Part shown: in pieces, positions 51,031 through 63,519 of the stretch | Layout of the letters: each line of letters opens with the position of its first letter | How positions within the stretch are numbered: the stretch's first letter is position 1 | NCBI GenBank assembly: GCA_964016885.1 | Contig: OZ024754.1 | Span: 34,224,001 to 34,288,000, forward strand | Length of the DNA stretch: 64,000 nt | Direction of reading: 5' to 3' | DNA from: Eledone cirrhosa | Lineage: Eukaryota | Program-made: the position numbers and the translations under genes | Notes under the pieces: generated by a model | What the model saw: the letters and a program-made list of their open reading frames with translations, nothing else | What the model was told of the DNA's origin: nothing | The model's database searches: none

Positions 51031-52224
51031 CATTTGGAAAAAATGTAGTGCAGGGACATATGTAAGCGAGAGGAGTTTCCGGCTAACCTGAGAGATCAGT
51101 AGCTCCGATTAGGTCCCGACTTAGTCTGTGATGACTAGTCTAATCCCTTGCTTACAGGGAAAACAGACGTTAAATGATGATAATTTGCCCAGTTTAACGG
51201 ATTTGGGGTTTAAGACCAAATAATAACAGCACAGTACTGAACTACAATAAAATACCCTTCAACTTCACAGTCAAAAGAGAAATAAAAATGATATATTCCT
51301 TGTTTTAATTGAATAATTTTATATTGTATACACATGCAGTTTTTTTTAATTTACAATAAAAATAACTCATTAGATCATCATCATCATCATCCAGTTTTTG
51401 ATTATGCAGGACACAATTAATCCTTAAGTAGAGGTGGGTCCTGTCTGACAGCGTTCCTTAGCGTCCCGCTCCATGTTTCTGTCAGCTGGTCTCACTTGTT
51501 GCCAGGCCAAGCCTAGCTTGATCCCGACGGACACCCTCCACACATTTTCCCCATTATTAGTCTGTTAACCCTTTCATTATCATATTTCTAATGGAAGACA
51601 CTGTCTACGATTTTCTAATTATTTTGAAAATAATTTACAATAAATAACATTCTCATTAAATTGATGTCTGGAACTAAACAAAGATTTTAAAATTCGGTGC
51701 TACAAAAAAAAATACCCAATGTAGAAACCATGCAGAAAAGTGTAGAGAGCGCTCTTCAGTTGTGTCATGGTGTTGACAACCTCTCTCTCTACTGTTGGTG
51801 ATCTACATGATAAATTCAACCATTACAAAGTTGTTGGTGATAGGAAAGGTACCCAGTTGTAGAAAATCTGCCAAAGAAAGGGTCGGCAGGACTGTTGAGC
51901 TGTGTGAAAGAATGACAACCTCCCTAGTACTGATATTATGATAAGATGCATTCAGTAGAGCACAGAAACGTGTGTAAGCAAGATGCAGGGCTCCAGCTCT
52001 TCTGAGCACTCAGTAGAGTGTGGGAATGTATGCATGCAAGATGCAGGCCTTACTCCAAACCATCAGAGAGGTCAGTAGCTCCATTTGAGTACTTATGCAG
52101 TGTCTGATAACCTGTATAACTTTTGCTAGCTGGAAAAACGGATGTTAAATGATGATTATAAACATATAATGGCAGCGAAGATTCAAAACCGAATCTGAGC
52201 TTCCCACCTCTGGGACAAGCCGTG

Positions 52225-52632
52225 GTTAGTTGTTTACGCCCGGCAGACCAACCCCTTGGGAGATGCTAAACACAGGTCAGAGGTTGTTTACACCTGGCAG
52301 AAAATAGGTCAGAGGATATATCCATCTTTCTGAGTTGTTTACGCCTGGCAAACCAACCCCTTGGGAGATACTAACCAAAGGTCAGAGGATATATCTATCC
52401 TTCTAACTTCAACCCTTATAAATACAAGTGTTGTTTACGTCCGAAGAGAAAAACCAATATACAGACAAGACAAGTTGCATTTACAAGCTCTCGTCACGAA
52501 AAACCAGTCTGCATACTATTTTCTCACACACCTAATACGCCTGGCTGAGTTGAAATTAATGCATGCAAAATTTCACAGCTCTAGCATCACTCCTCTGTAG
52601 TCAGCCTATGAACCTTTCAACCCACCCTCGTA
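52225..52632. mobile_element. Mariner-like element end with internal tandem subrepeats
   Basis: gttgtttacgcc..gcagaccaaccccttgggagat is repeated; terminus tcagcctatgaacctttcaacccaccctcgta is shared with ~4926-4957. Confidence 0.55.
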
Positions 52633-53124
52633 TAACGAAAAGGATTGGGACATAGCAGATGTCAGTCAGAAAGGGTAAGGTATATAGAGTTTAGGTTATT
52701 TTCTAATTGCACGTTCAAGGACACTGGCTAATAAATAGCCTAATTATTTGAACCAGTTTACAAGGATGTGCTTTATCTTTCATTTAAAAAAAATTAGGCT
52801 TTATCTTAGATGTAAATAAAAAATTTGGAAGATTTAGGCAGTACTTAGTATAGAAATATCCATTTCATCCATGCCTACTATTATTTCAAGAAGCACAGAC
52901 CAAATTGCTGCCCTTGTTCCTAAATAAGAAAACCATTACTAAATGTTGTTAGTGTTAGGAAGGGCATCCAGCCGTAGAAAACCTGCCAGATAGTCCTATA
53001 TGAGCGAGACACGGTCACCCGACCAACCTTGCCTCAAGTGGGACAACTCCCATCTAACCCATGCTAGCGTGGAAGATGGATGTTAAATGAAAATGATGAT
53101 GATGATGTACTCATTGTCGGAAGC

Positions 53125-53750
53125 AATTAATATATTAGAGTGCATGCTTGTTTTGTGGATGTTGGAAAGACATACAACCATGTGTCACGGGACTTGTCGC
53201 AGAGGGTTCTGCAAGAATATGGAATCAATGGACAGCTTCTTATTGCCTTGAAGTCCCTATTCAAATGCCTTAGTATTTGTGTTCAGATATATGGTGTGAA
53301 GTTGAAACCATTCCATGTGACTGTTGGACTCCACCAAGGGTGTATACTGTCGCTTTTTCTGTTCATAATCTTCATGAACAGGATTGACATAGGCAGCTGG
53401 GTTAGGGATGGTATCAAAACCAGTGAGTGTAGGATCAATCGGCTAATATTAGGAGACATGTCTTATTTAACATGGTCTTATTTAACTTGTCAGAAGTGGA
53501 TTTCTAACATGCACTGGATAGGTTTACTGCTGAGTGTTGCAAGGCAGGATTGAAAATCATTGCTACAAAGATTGAAACATTTGTCCTCTAAAGAGAGTCT
53601 GTGCAGTGGAGTTGCACTGAAGAAGGTGGAGAAGTTCAAGATTCTCGGGGTTGTTTTCACAAGTGATGGAAGGCTGGAGGCTGAATTCAGTACAAGAATT
53701 GCAGGAGCTGGTGCAGTAATGTTCCAGCTCCAGCATTCTGTAATCAGAAA
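53125..53750 (+). mobile_element. RTE (Rex3/Expander-like) RT fragment
   Basis: HACFVDVGKTYNHVSRD...GLHQGCILSLFLFIIFMNRI and VEKFKILGVVFTSDGRLEAE. Confidence 0.88.
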
Positions 53751-54212
53751 TCAGAAGGGTGGTAGGTGTAAAAGCTGCCACAGGAATTAAAAATGTGACA
53801 ACTCTGTCTACATTTAGACATGTGACTGCTGGCAAGTGATCTGATATTTAATTGTTTATTTATTGTTGTGCCTTGTGGTTAAGATGTTAGACTCATTATC
53901 ATAAGATCTGGGTTTGATTTCTATGCTGTGTGGCACTTTATGTTCTTGGTCAAAATACTTTATTTCATATTGCTCTTTCTGCCAAGTGTTGTAACTGGTA
54001 AGTAGTATTAACAATGGAAACATTGCTTCTTTTGTCTTATCTGACAATTGGCTTTCTTTTATTTTTTTTTGTGTCACTAAAGACACTATTAAGTGTCTTT
54101 AGTGTTACAAAAAATGTTATTTTTAAAAAGTATGTTGCCAATGTGAAAAGTTTGGTCAGTGCCTAAGAAAGAAATAATTTTTGTTCTGCTATTTTTATAT
54201 TTAAATTGTCAG

Positions 54213-54374
54213 GTTTTAAATCATTTTGAAGAAGATCGGCCTGTTTTTCCTGGCTCCCGTTCTAACTACACCCCGGCTCTTGAATTCTTAAGGTCTGACA
54301 TGTATGATGGTATTCCTGTCTACAGAGTAATGAATAAAAAGGGAGAAATTATTCAAAAGGATCAGGACCCTCAG
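54213..54374 (+). CDS. BCKDHA: BCKDHA exon 2
   Basis: cag/gtagc boundaries, 162 nt; DRPVFPGSRSNY...GIPVYRVMNKKGEII...DPQ. Confidence 0.95.
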
Positions 54375-55130
54375 GTAGCATAATCTTTATTTTCTTTTTA
54401 CTTTTTCTAAGATTACTCTATATCATTGTGTTATGAGAGGTGACTAGAGGGTTGCATTGAGTTTGAATCTTGCTGGGGTCAACTTTATCTTTCATCCCTT
54501 TTTTGTCGATAAAATAAAGGGCCATTCCATGGTGGTGGATTAACAGAAATGTTACAACATCAGACAAGATATTTGACTGTATCAGTTCTGGCACTTTGAA
54601 TTCTGAGTTGAAATTTCTTCTAGAAATTTCAATCACACTGATGGCTGTAGTTAATTATCTGACCATGGGACTACAAGTGATTATAAAAGCTGTAATGGGA
54701 GGAGGAGGGCTGTGGCTGTCTGATACTGCAGTCAAATTATGATGGTGAGTGGTGGTGTTGGTGGCAGCGGTAGAGATGCTTGTTGGGTGCTTGTAGTGGC
54801 GGTAGCAGTAAATGGTCTTGGTGGTTGTAGTGCTGGCTGTGATGTTGGTGGTGGTGGTGATGTTAATCATGACAGTGGTGCTGTTGGTGACAGTATTGGT
54901 GATGATGATGGTGGTGGTTGTGGTAATGGTGATGGTAGTGGTGGTGGTTGTGGTAATGGTGATGGTAGAGGTGGCAGTGGTGGTTGTGGTACTGGGGATT
55001 ATGCTGGATCTGGTAGTGATGGTGATGATAGTGTTGACAGTGATGGAGATGATGATGGTAGTGGCAGCGATGGTAGTGGTGATACTAATTTGCTATATAA
55101 TTATTTTTTGTTTCTATTGCTACCTGCCAG

Positions 55131-55326
55131 TTGGATGATGACACTGTATTAAAGATGTACCATGATATGACATTACTTAACACTATGGACCGAGTTCTCT
55201 ATGATTCTCAAAGACAAGGCAGGATCTCATTCTACATGACTAACTATGGAGAAGAAGGTACTCACATTGGTTCAGCAGCAGCTCTTGATGCCGGTGATTT
55301 GGTATTTGCTCAGTATAGAGAAGCAG
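55131..55326 (+). CDS. BCKDHA: BCKDHA exon 3
   Basis: 196 nt; [40 protein letters not shown]...QYREA. Confidence 0.97.
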
Positions 55327-55424
55327 GTATGTCTCAAGATCATAAGTGTTTTACATAAATATTATTTTTCCTTTCCAGCATGAGTAAAATGAGTAGGATC
55401 TGTTGTTTTTACAGCTAAATGGAT

Positions 55425-56570
55425 AATCTATATATTGTTAGCTACAGTCTATATATTGTTAGCTACAGTCTATATATTGATAGCTACAGTCTATATATTG
55501 TTACAGTCTATATATTGTTAGCTACAGTCTATATATTGTTACAGTCTATATATTGTTAGCTACAGTCTATATATTGTTACAGTCTATATATTGTTACAGT
55601 CTATATAATGTTACAGTCTATATATTGTTAGCTACAGTCTATATATTGTTACAGTCTATATATTGTTACAATCTATATAATGTTACAGTCTATATATTGT
55701 TACAGTCTATATATTGTTAGCTACAGTCTATATGTTGTTACAATCTATATATTGTTACAATCTATATATTGTTACAGTCTATATATTGTTACAATCTATA
55801 TATTGTTACAATCTATATATTGTTACAGTCTATATATTGTTACAGTCTATATATTGTTACAGTCTATATATTGTTACAGTCTATATAATGTTACAATCTA
55901 TATATTGTTAGCTACAGTCTATATATTGTTACAGTCTATATATTGTTACAATCTATATATTGTTACAGTCTATATATTGTTACAGTCTATATATTGTTAG
56001 CTACAGTCTATATATTGTTAGCTACAGTCTATATATTGTTACAGTCTATATAATGTTACAGTCTATATATTGTTACAATCTATATATTGTTAGCTACAGT
56101 CTATATATTGTTAGCTACAGTCTATATATTGTTACAGTCTATATAATGTTACAGTCTATATATTGTTACAATCTATATATTGTTACAGTCTATATATTGT
56201 TAGCTACAGTCTATATATTGTTAGCTACAGTCTATATATTGTTACAGTCTATATATTGTTACAGTCTATATAATGTTACAATCTATATATTGTTACAGTC
56301 TATATATTGTTAGCTACAGTCTATATATTGTTACAGTCTATATAATGTTACAGTCTATATATTGTTACAGTCTATATATTGTTACAGTCTATATAATGTT
56401 ACAATCTATATATTCTTACAGTCTATATATTGTTACAGTCTATATATTGTTACAATCTATATATTGTTACAGTCTATATATTGTTACAGTCTATATATTG
56501 TTACAATCTATATATTGTTACAGTCTATATAATGTTACAATCTATATATTGTTACAGTCTATATATTATT
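55425..56570. repeat. 17/21-bp minisatellite in BCKDHA intron 3
   Basis: Units ctatatattgttacagt and ctatatattgttagctacagt are interspersed, roughly 60-65 copies. Confidence 0.97.
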
Positions 56571-56665
56571 ACAGTTTTTATATTGATAGTTTATTCTTCA
56601 TGCTATTATTTCCTATAACATTCCATGTTTTACTTCTTAAAACCAATTATTTTCTTATTTAATAG

Positions 56666-56827
56666 GTGTGTTGCTGTGGAGAGGGTTTCAGTTAGATGAA
56701 TTTATGAACCAGTGTTATGGAAATAATCAAGACGTTGGAAGAGGAAGACAAATGCCAGTCCATTATGGCTCCAAAAACCTCAACTTTGTTACCATATCTT
56801 CAACTTTAGCCACACAAATGCCACAAG
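56666..56827 (+). CDS. BCKDHA: BCKDHA exon 4
   Basis: 162 nt; [12 protein letters not shown]...[14 protein letters not shown]. Confidence 0.97.
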
Positions 56828-57269
56828 GTTTGTTGAAATTAACCAAAAAGAAATGGTCTATCTTTTAATTCAAATGTCTCTTGTGATAGCTGGCTCTTCA
56901 TCCATCCACCTGTCACCTCTGTGATCAATAGCTACCTATCAGATTCAAACTAGTGCAGCTTGTGTTAATGTTGCTTTTTCTGCCCAACACTCGATCAACA
57001 CTAAAGATGATGTCCCCATTAACGCTGTTGTTTATGGGGACATCATCTGTCACCACTTGCTTTTTTTAAAAAGTGTTAAATGAAGATGTTCATGACATAC
57101 ATATACACATATGTATGCAGTGAGCTTCAACACAGTTTCTGCCTATCAAATTCACTCACAAGGCATTGACCCTATGTTATTATATAAGAAACTTGTCCAA
57201 GGTGCCAAACAATAGCACTGAGCTCAACAACAAAACAAACTTCTTAATCACCTGCATCAATTATTATTC

Positions 57270-57910
57270 TTAGTTTCTGATGAAATGCCTTACTGTGTTT
57301 CTTCTGACATTTTACAATCTGAGTTCAAAACCTCACTGAGTTTAACTCTACCTTTCATCATTGCTGGGTCAATAAAATAAAGTACCTGTCAAATATTGGG
57401 TTCAGTCCTATTGACGTCCCCCCCCCCCTCTCCCATAAATTGCTGGCCTTGTGCCTAAATTGGAAGCTATTATTAATATGAGGGAGTGGAGTGGCAGACA
57501 ACATATAGTATATAGTTACGGCCCTTTACATTCTGAGTTCAAATCCTGCCAAGGTTAGTTTTGCCTTTCATCCTTACGGGATTGATAAAATAAAGTACCA
57601 GTAATGCACTGGGATTATTTTTATCGACTTTCCTCCTTCCCTTCAAATTGGTTGCCTTGTGTCAAATGTAGAAACAATTATTATTATAAATGAAACCAAG
57701 TCTGGTGAAGTGCCTGGCAACATTCTTTGTAGCATGTAGTTATGGCCCTTTACATTCTCAGTTCAAATTCCACCAAAGTTAATTTTGCCTTTCCACCTTT
57801 TAGGGTTGATAAAATAAAGTACCAGTAACACACTGGAGTCGATTTAATCAACTTTCCCCTCCCCCCAAACATTGACCCCAGTTTTGTGCCTAAATCAGAA
57901 ACCATTATAA
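57270..57910 (+). mobile_element. Three tandem family-1 SINEs in BCKDHA intron 4
   Basis: Three direct copies of the ctgagttcaaa...cctttcatc...gataaaataaagtacc core. Confidence 0.85.
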
Positions 57911-57950
57911 ATGAACTATTATTTTCCATTCCCATTCTGTTTACTTGCAG

Positions 57951-58095
57951 CCTCTGGTGCAGCCTATGCTTACAAACGTGCACATAATGGTAAATGTGTA
58001 ATCTGCTATTTTGGTGAAGGCGCTGCTTCAGAAGGGGATGCACATGCTGCATTCAATTTTGCTGCAACATTGGATTGCCCTGTCATATTTTTCTG
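57951..58095 (+). CDS. BCKDHA: BCKDHA exon 5
   Basis: 145 nt; TPP-binding [29 protein letters not shown]. Confidence 0.97.
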
Positions 58096-58624
58096 GTAAG
58101 TTGGGAGCAGGGTGCTCAGGCATGAGTAGAGTTTTAAGACGTGGAAGGGACATGGACTGAATAGGGTTGTTAGGGTGTGGAGGGAGGGAGGAAAGTAGTG
58201 CATACAAGATGTATGCTTCAGGCCGTGCACATGGGAAGGAGAGTCTTCCGTATTACTTCATAATGCCAGAGATCTCGATCTTGTATCTATAGTAACTAAC
58301 TTCACAGCAAGTGAGGCTTTCCCGCCAATACTCCCAGCTTGTCACTAACCATTGTTGCTGGCTTGTGTGGGCATCACGGGAAACATTTTATGTTTAGAAA
58401 AATTGTTTGTGAACCCATTTGTTTGTGATAAGAGGCGTTCATGAACCAAGATTCCACTGTCATACAATATATGGCTGCTACCAGCCATTACAACTCACAT
58501 AATACCAACAACATAGAAATATATTCTAGAACTCTACTGTAGCATCTAGCAAAGAACCACACGTGCTCCAACAGTGTGCTGGAGAAAGCCTAGCCGACCC
58601 ATGGCAAAAATGGATGTAAAAATG

Positions 58625-58835
58625 ATGACAAGGTTAAACATATGATGACATGGTTAAATGTGTTATGATGTCGAGGTTAAACATATTTTACGATGACAGA
58701 TTAAATGTTATGATGACGAGGTTAAACATGTTATGATGGAGTTAAACATATGTTATGATGGAGTTAAACATGTTATAATTGAGTTAAACATATGTTATAA
58801 TGGAGTTAAACATGTGTTATGATGTTAAACATGTT
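58625..58835. repeat. Degenerate ~20-bp tandem repeat
   Basis: gttaaacat(at)gttatgatgga units, about 9-10 copies. Confidence 0.85.
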
Positions 58836-58886
58836 TTGTTTTTATAATGCTTCATGGAATAGAACAGATCTCGTTTCTCTTTTCAG

Positions 58887-58948
58887 TCGAAATAATGGGT
58901 ATGCCATTTCGACACCAACCAGAGACCAGTATCGTGGAGATGGCATTG
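58887..58948 (+). CDS. BCKDHA: BCKDHA exon 6
   Basis: 62 nt; (C)[20 protein letters not shown]. Confidence 0.97.
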
Positions 58949-59757
58949 GTAAATGTTTCTTTTATCATTTTTCTTCTTTTAACACATTAAATTCAATTTC
59001 CATGGTTACCTAGAAGAGAGAATAACATGAACATCACTGATGGGTATTTGGTCTATATCAAGATCGCTGGCTTTGTATATTTGCCATGCAGTGGTGTTTA
59101 TGCCCATTTTTCCCTAGTATATTGCAGGCAGGTTTGTTTTGCCTTGTTCCTTGTTTGATTAGCCATTGGATTTTCACCCTACTAATTACATTTCTCAAAA
59201 GTACTTTTTTGCATCCTTTGGACCCCTTCATGTTTTAATACCAGTTTTAATATCCAATCCCTTGTCTGTTCTAAATACATAAAAAGGCTTCTGGTAGCAG
59301 TCTTTAACCCATGGCCCACTTTTAGGTGATTCATAGGGTGCATTGCTAGAAGCTTTGGGATTTTGGCATAAATTTTGCTAATTTCTGATAGTTACCAATT
59401 AATAATGTTGAAGCAGTATGTAATTACTGGTATGGTTAGTGTATTAATGCCCTCTTTTTTTGTTTCTGGCATTTAATTCACTCTTCAATAATATTCAATT
59501 CTTATTTTTTCTTTCATCAATGAATGCTTAATTCTGTTTCCCTCATAGACACTTAGATATTTTTAACTGCCCTCTGGTTCAAATTCTTTTATTGTGATAT
59601 TCTTATCTAATATAATATTGTTGGTGGTTAATAATTTCCCTTCTTCTTTGGTTCACCTTTTCCATCATAGTACCCTTTCTTCAAGACCTCCTTTAACAAC
59701 TTTTCGTGATATTTTTTCCTATTCTTATTATTGTTGCTGTTTTTATTATCTGTTTAG

Positions 59758-59899
59758 CTTCTCGGGGTCCTGGCTATGGAATGGCAACTGTACGTGTAGA
59801 TGGCAATGATGTATTTGCTGTATACAATGCAACCAAAGCTGCACGCAATGTGTGTCTAAATGAAATGAGACCAGTCTTAATTGAAGCTATGACTTATCG
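59758..59899 (+). CDS. BCKDHA: BCKDHA exon 7
   Basis: 142 nt; [25 protein letters not shown]...[10 protein letters not shown]. Confidence 0.97.
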
Positions 59900-60483
59900 G
59901 TAAGTCTTAATGTGTATCTAAATGAAATGAAACCAGTCTAAATGAAATGAAGCTATGACTTATCATCTGTTAAGTAAATAGGGTTAATTAATTCTATATT
60001 CTGCCATTTTGATTTGCATTTCTTCTTCTTTCTGGCTGTAAATAATTTCTCATTTTGTTAACATCATTGTCATCTTTATCTTTAATTGTTAGTAATTGTC
60101 ATATTCCAACGTAGCCATTATTATTGTCATTGTCTTCACTATCATCCCCATCATTTCATTATTGTCATCACTGACATATTAATCATTGCCATCATCATCA
60201 TCATCATTTCTATGTTCATTTACAACATGGCTATTTTTTTTTTTGTTCCTACTATCATACTTTATATCCTGTAATGATTTAGTAGAAAATCAGCTTTGTT
60301 AATTTATATGTTTATAGTATTTTAGTAGTGGCCAGATCATTGTGAAAATTTGCAGTATTAGAGTAAACACTATAATATTTAATGTGATGTAGTCATAATG
60401 CTACTTTGTACTTTTCAAGAATGTCTTGTTAATGCTGTTTCGTGTGGTACAGGGTGTTAAGAGTTATTCATTTCTCTTGCCAG

Positions 60484-60655
60484 TATTGGTCACCATAGCA
60501 CATCAGATGATAGCTCAGCATACCGGTCAGTTGATGAAGTAAACTATTGGGATAAAGAAGATCATCCTATTGCTAGACTGAGGGCCCACATTGTCGCCCG
60601 AGGGTTGTGGAATGACGAGAAAGAGAAATCATGGAAACGAATTACTAGGAAAAGA
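60484..60655 (+). CDS. BCKDHA: BCKDHA exon 8 (absent from the ORF track)
   Basis: 172 nt; [29 protein letters not shown], carrying the conserved BCKDK phosphorylation-loop serines. Confidence 0.97.
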
Positions 60656-61420
60656 GTAAGCTATTGATTTCTGTTATTTTATATAGTTGAGTGGTTTATG
60701 TTAGACTTAAGACCATGAAGTTGTGGGTTTCATTCCCAGATCAGACGACGAATTGCATTCATCATCATCATTGTTTAATGTCCATTTTTCCACTCTAACA
60801 TGGGGTAGATGAGTTATCCCGTTGTGAGACAAGTCAGATCAGATTACCATGTCCTGCTCATACAAAACTGTTTTGGGCTTGGTTTCAATGGCTAGATACC
60901 CTTCATAATGCCAACCATATTTACATTGTGGACTGGGTGCTTTTTGTCATGACCCCAACATGACCAATTTACAGTGTGTAACTGGGCGTTTTTTGTCACA
61001 ACACTAAAATGACCACTTTACAATGTGTACTGGGCACTTTTGTCAAGAAGACTTGCTCTTTTGTCATGTTACCTTACAGGGAGGACTAGGTGCTCTTTTT
61101 GTCATGGCACTCACATGAGTACCTTATTTGGTGGACTAGGATGAATACCTTCATCCCTTACTCTCACCAATCACAGAGGCCCTGGAAAGGGTCATGAGCA
61201 CTGACCTCTCCTCCCTGTAAACAGTAAAAAAACAAAAAAGGATTTCAAGTAAAAAAGAAAACATTTTATTCAATAATAAACTTTCAAATGAATTAAAATT
61301 ATTTCCACTTTCACTTCACTATGTGTTTATATTTAATATGTATGGCTTGGCTATATGACAGCTACACATTTAAATTATGACATATACTGTATATATTGAT
61401 CAAATCTATAGCACATTCAA

Positions 61421-61628
61421 CCCTTTAGCATTCACATTACTCTATGTTTACTATTGTATTTTCACAGAAAAGGCTGTATCTCATATAATATTGAATCTAT
61501 GAGATTTTGATATTGTTTATTTTGAGAACAATACCTTAACATAAGTATGAGCAGCTTGTTATAGCCAGTTTGAACAGAAAGAAGTGAGAAAATTCTGGCC
61601 AGATATGGCTGGTTTAAATGGTAAAGGG
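61421..61628 (-). mobile_element. piggyBac-type MITE family A in BCKDHA intron 8
   Basis: tcaa|ccctttagcattcac ... ggtaaaggg|TTAA. Confidence 0.8.
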
Positions 61629-61735
61629 TTAAAAACTGTTATTTTATGAAATTATTAATTGAAGGGGCAGGGGCAGCAGATAATGGTTATTTGAGCAGTT
61701 TATCTAAAACTTCTAAAATCTGTTGCTATTTTCAG

Positions 61736-61918
61736 GTCCTCGAAGCTTTCTCTAAAGCAGAAGGACGTAAGAAGTGTAATCCAGAATCAATGTTTGACGA
61801 CGTCTATGATGAAATTCCAATACATATTCAAAAACAGAAAATGGAAATGAAAACACATGTCAATCAATACAAAGACCATTATCCTCTGCAGTTATTTGAC
61901 AAAATGTCTGCTTTGTAA
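61736..61918 (+). CDS. BCKDHA: BCKDHA exon 9 (terminal)
   Basis: VLEAFSKAEGRKKCNPESMFDDVYDE...HYPLQLFDKMSAL*; total spliced CDS 1332 nt = 443 aa. Confidence 0.96.
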   Translation, partial: VLEAFSKAEGRKKCNPESMFDDVYDEIPIHIQKQKMEMKTHVNQYKDHYPLQLFDKMSAL

Positions 61919-62212
61919 TCAGAAAATTTAAACACTCCTCCTTTTGTCTTTGTTATATATAGTTCTACAGGTACTGAACCATTTATCTGGCAAGTTTGGA
62001 TCTGGAACTGGTCCAGATTTTTGGATTTGCAGAATTTCTGGATAGAAGCTAAATACATATTTAACTTTTTATCTTGTGAACCACATAAAAATACATTAGT
62101 AAGATATTCTTGAAAAATACAAATCAGCACTGTGACTGCAACACATTAAATATTAAAGTCTTTACTCAGATACTGCAAATTTTCACAACAATCTGTCCAC
62201 TAGTAAAGATAC

Positions 62213-62218
62213 AATAAA
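62213..62218 (+). promoter_or_regulatory. Candidate BCKDHA polyadenylation signal
   Basis: First AATAAA after the stop codon, ~295 nt downstream. Confidence 0.5.
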
Positions 62219-62227
62219 CATTGGAAT

Positions 62228-62415
62228 TGTAGCAGTGGCCTCCCTTGTTGTGACTCACAACCCCAATAGATTAACATCTAGACGGGAAGTAGAACCCTTT
62301 CTGTAACTTCCGGCAGAGCCCTATAAAACGAATAGCTCTCGGCTCTCTCCCTCTCATTTGCCCTTCCGGCGCCTGGCCTTCGCCAGGCGTCTCGCGTTTG
62401 CCTGCCACTGCTACA
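62228..62415 (+). mobile_element. Solo LTR (Gypsy-like, 188 bp)
   Basis: TG...CA ends with a perfect 12-bp inverted repeat TGTAGCAGTGGC/GCCACTGCTACA, 4-bp TSD GAAT on both sides, internal CTATAAAA, GC- and CpG-rich. Confidence 0.8.
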
Positions 62416-62879
62416 GAATTAAACCTATTTATAAATATTTTCTGCTAATTTATCACAGGGCTTTTAGATATAAGATATATACAATAATCAATGAAAAATA
62501 AAAAACAAAACTAATTAACAGATACAAATTAATATACTTCTAAAGCAGGATTTGTTTGATTGTTATTAATTCATTTAAAATTTACAAAATGATATCAACG
62601 TGCCAGTGCAATGTGTCTTCACTTCAATAGGGAAAGAAAGCCATTTTGAAAGCAGAGAAATGGATCAGTATATATTTATCTTTTGACATGTTTCCTACTT
62701 TTTGTATTTTAAAACTGTTTGAGGTTGTGAGAGGGGTCTTAACAATATTTCACATAGCAAAATGAAATAAAGTTAAAAATTGATTATCACTTTACAGACT
62801 GTTTGTTTGATTGATTGATTGGAAGGGTGATAATGGTTGTTGCAGTGGGGTGGCAGTGGTTGTGGTGGTGTATGTTGTG

Positions 62880-63150
62880 AAGAAAAATAGAATGAGATGG
62901 TTGGGTCATGTGTTAGGAAGGATGAGAGCAACTGGGTGAGAGGAATAGAACCAGTGATGGATGTTGTAAAGAGAAATGGAATGAGATGATTCAAGTATGT
63001 GTTGAGGAACAATGAAAGTAATAAGTGAGAGGAGTGATGGAAATAAATGTGGAAGGAAGTAGAAGGGGAAGACCAAGAAAGACATGGATAAAGATGATGG
63101 AGGAGGAAATGAAAGCCAGAGGGGAAAATGCTCTTAAAATACTGGTTGCT
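62880..63150 (+). mobile_element. RTE LINE 3' fragment
   Basis: RMRWLGHVLGR and VEGSRRGRPRKTWIK motifs. Confidence 0.75.
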
Positions 63151-63519
63151 GTTCAGGAAGAAAAGATGTCAGCAAACGAGAATGAGCTACAATATATCAA
63201 AATATGGAAATACAAATTTTAAAAAATAGGAAGAAATGAAAATTTTTTTTAAAATTTTAATTATGTATAATTAAATCTTGTGAAATATTACTTGCCTGTT
63301 TATATAAAATATACCACTACATACACATGAATGTATGCATTGTTTTTCTTGTCCAGTCATTCAACTCTGTCCTCGAGTCAATTACATTGACCTCAGTATT
63401 TGAGCTTGGATTTTATCAATCAATATCTAACGAACTGTTAACTTTTTCAATACACACGCATACTTAGTTGGACACCAGTGAACTTAACACACACAAACAT
63501 TTGGTTTTATACAAGCACA

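Noticed and set aside
54739-55130. Gly/Asp-rich ORF upstream of BCKDHA exon 3
   Set aside because: Degenerate (GGT/GAT)n intronic repeat; exon 2 splices in phase directly to 55131.
57277-57290. CTGATGA motif in BCKDHA intron 4
   Set aside because: Part of a SINE head, with no stem II-GAAA-stem III following.
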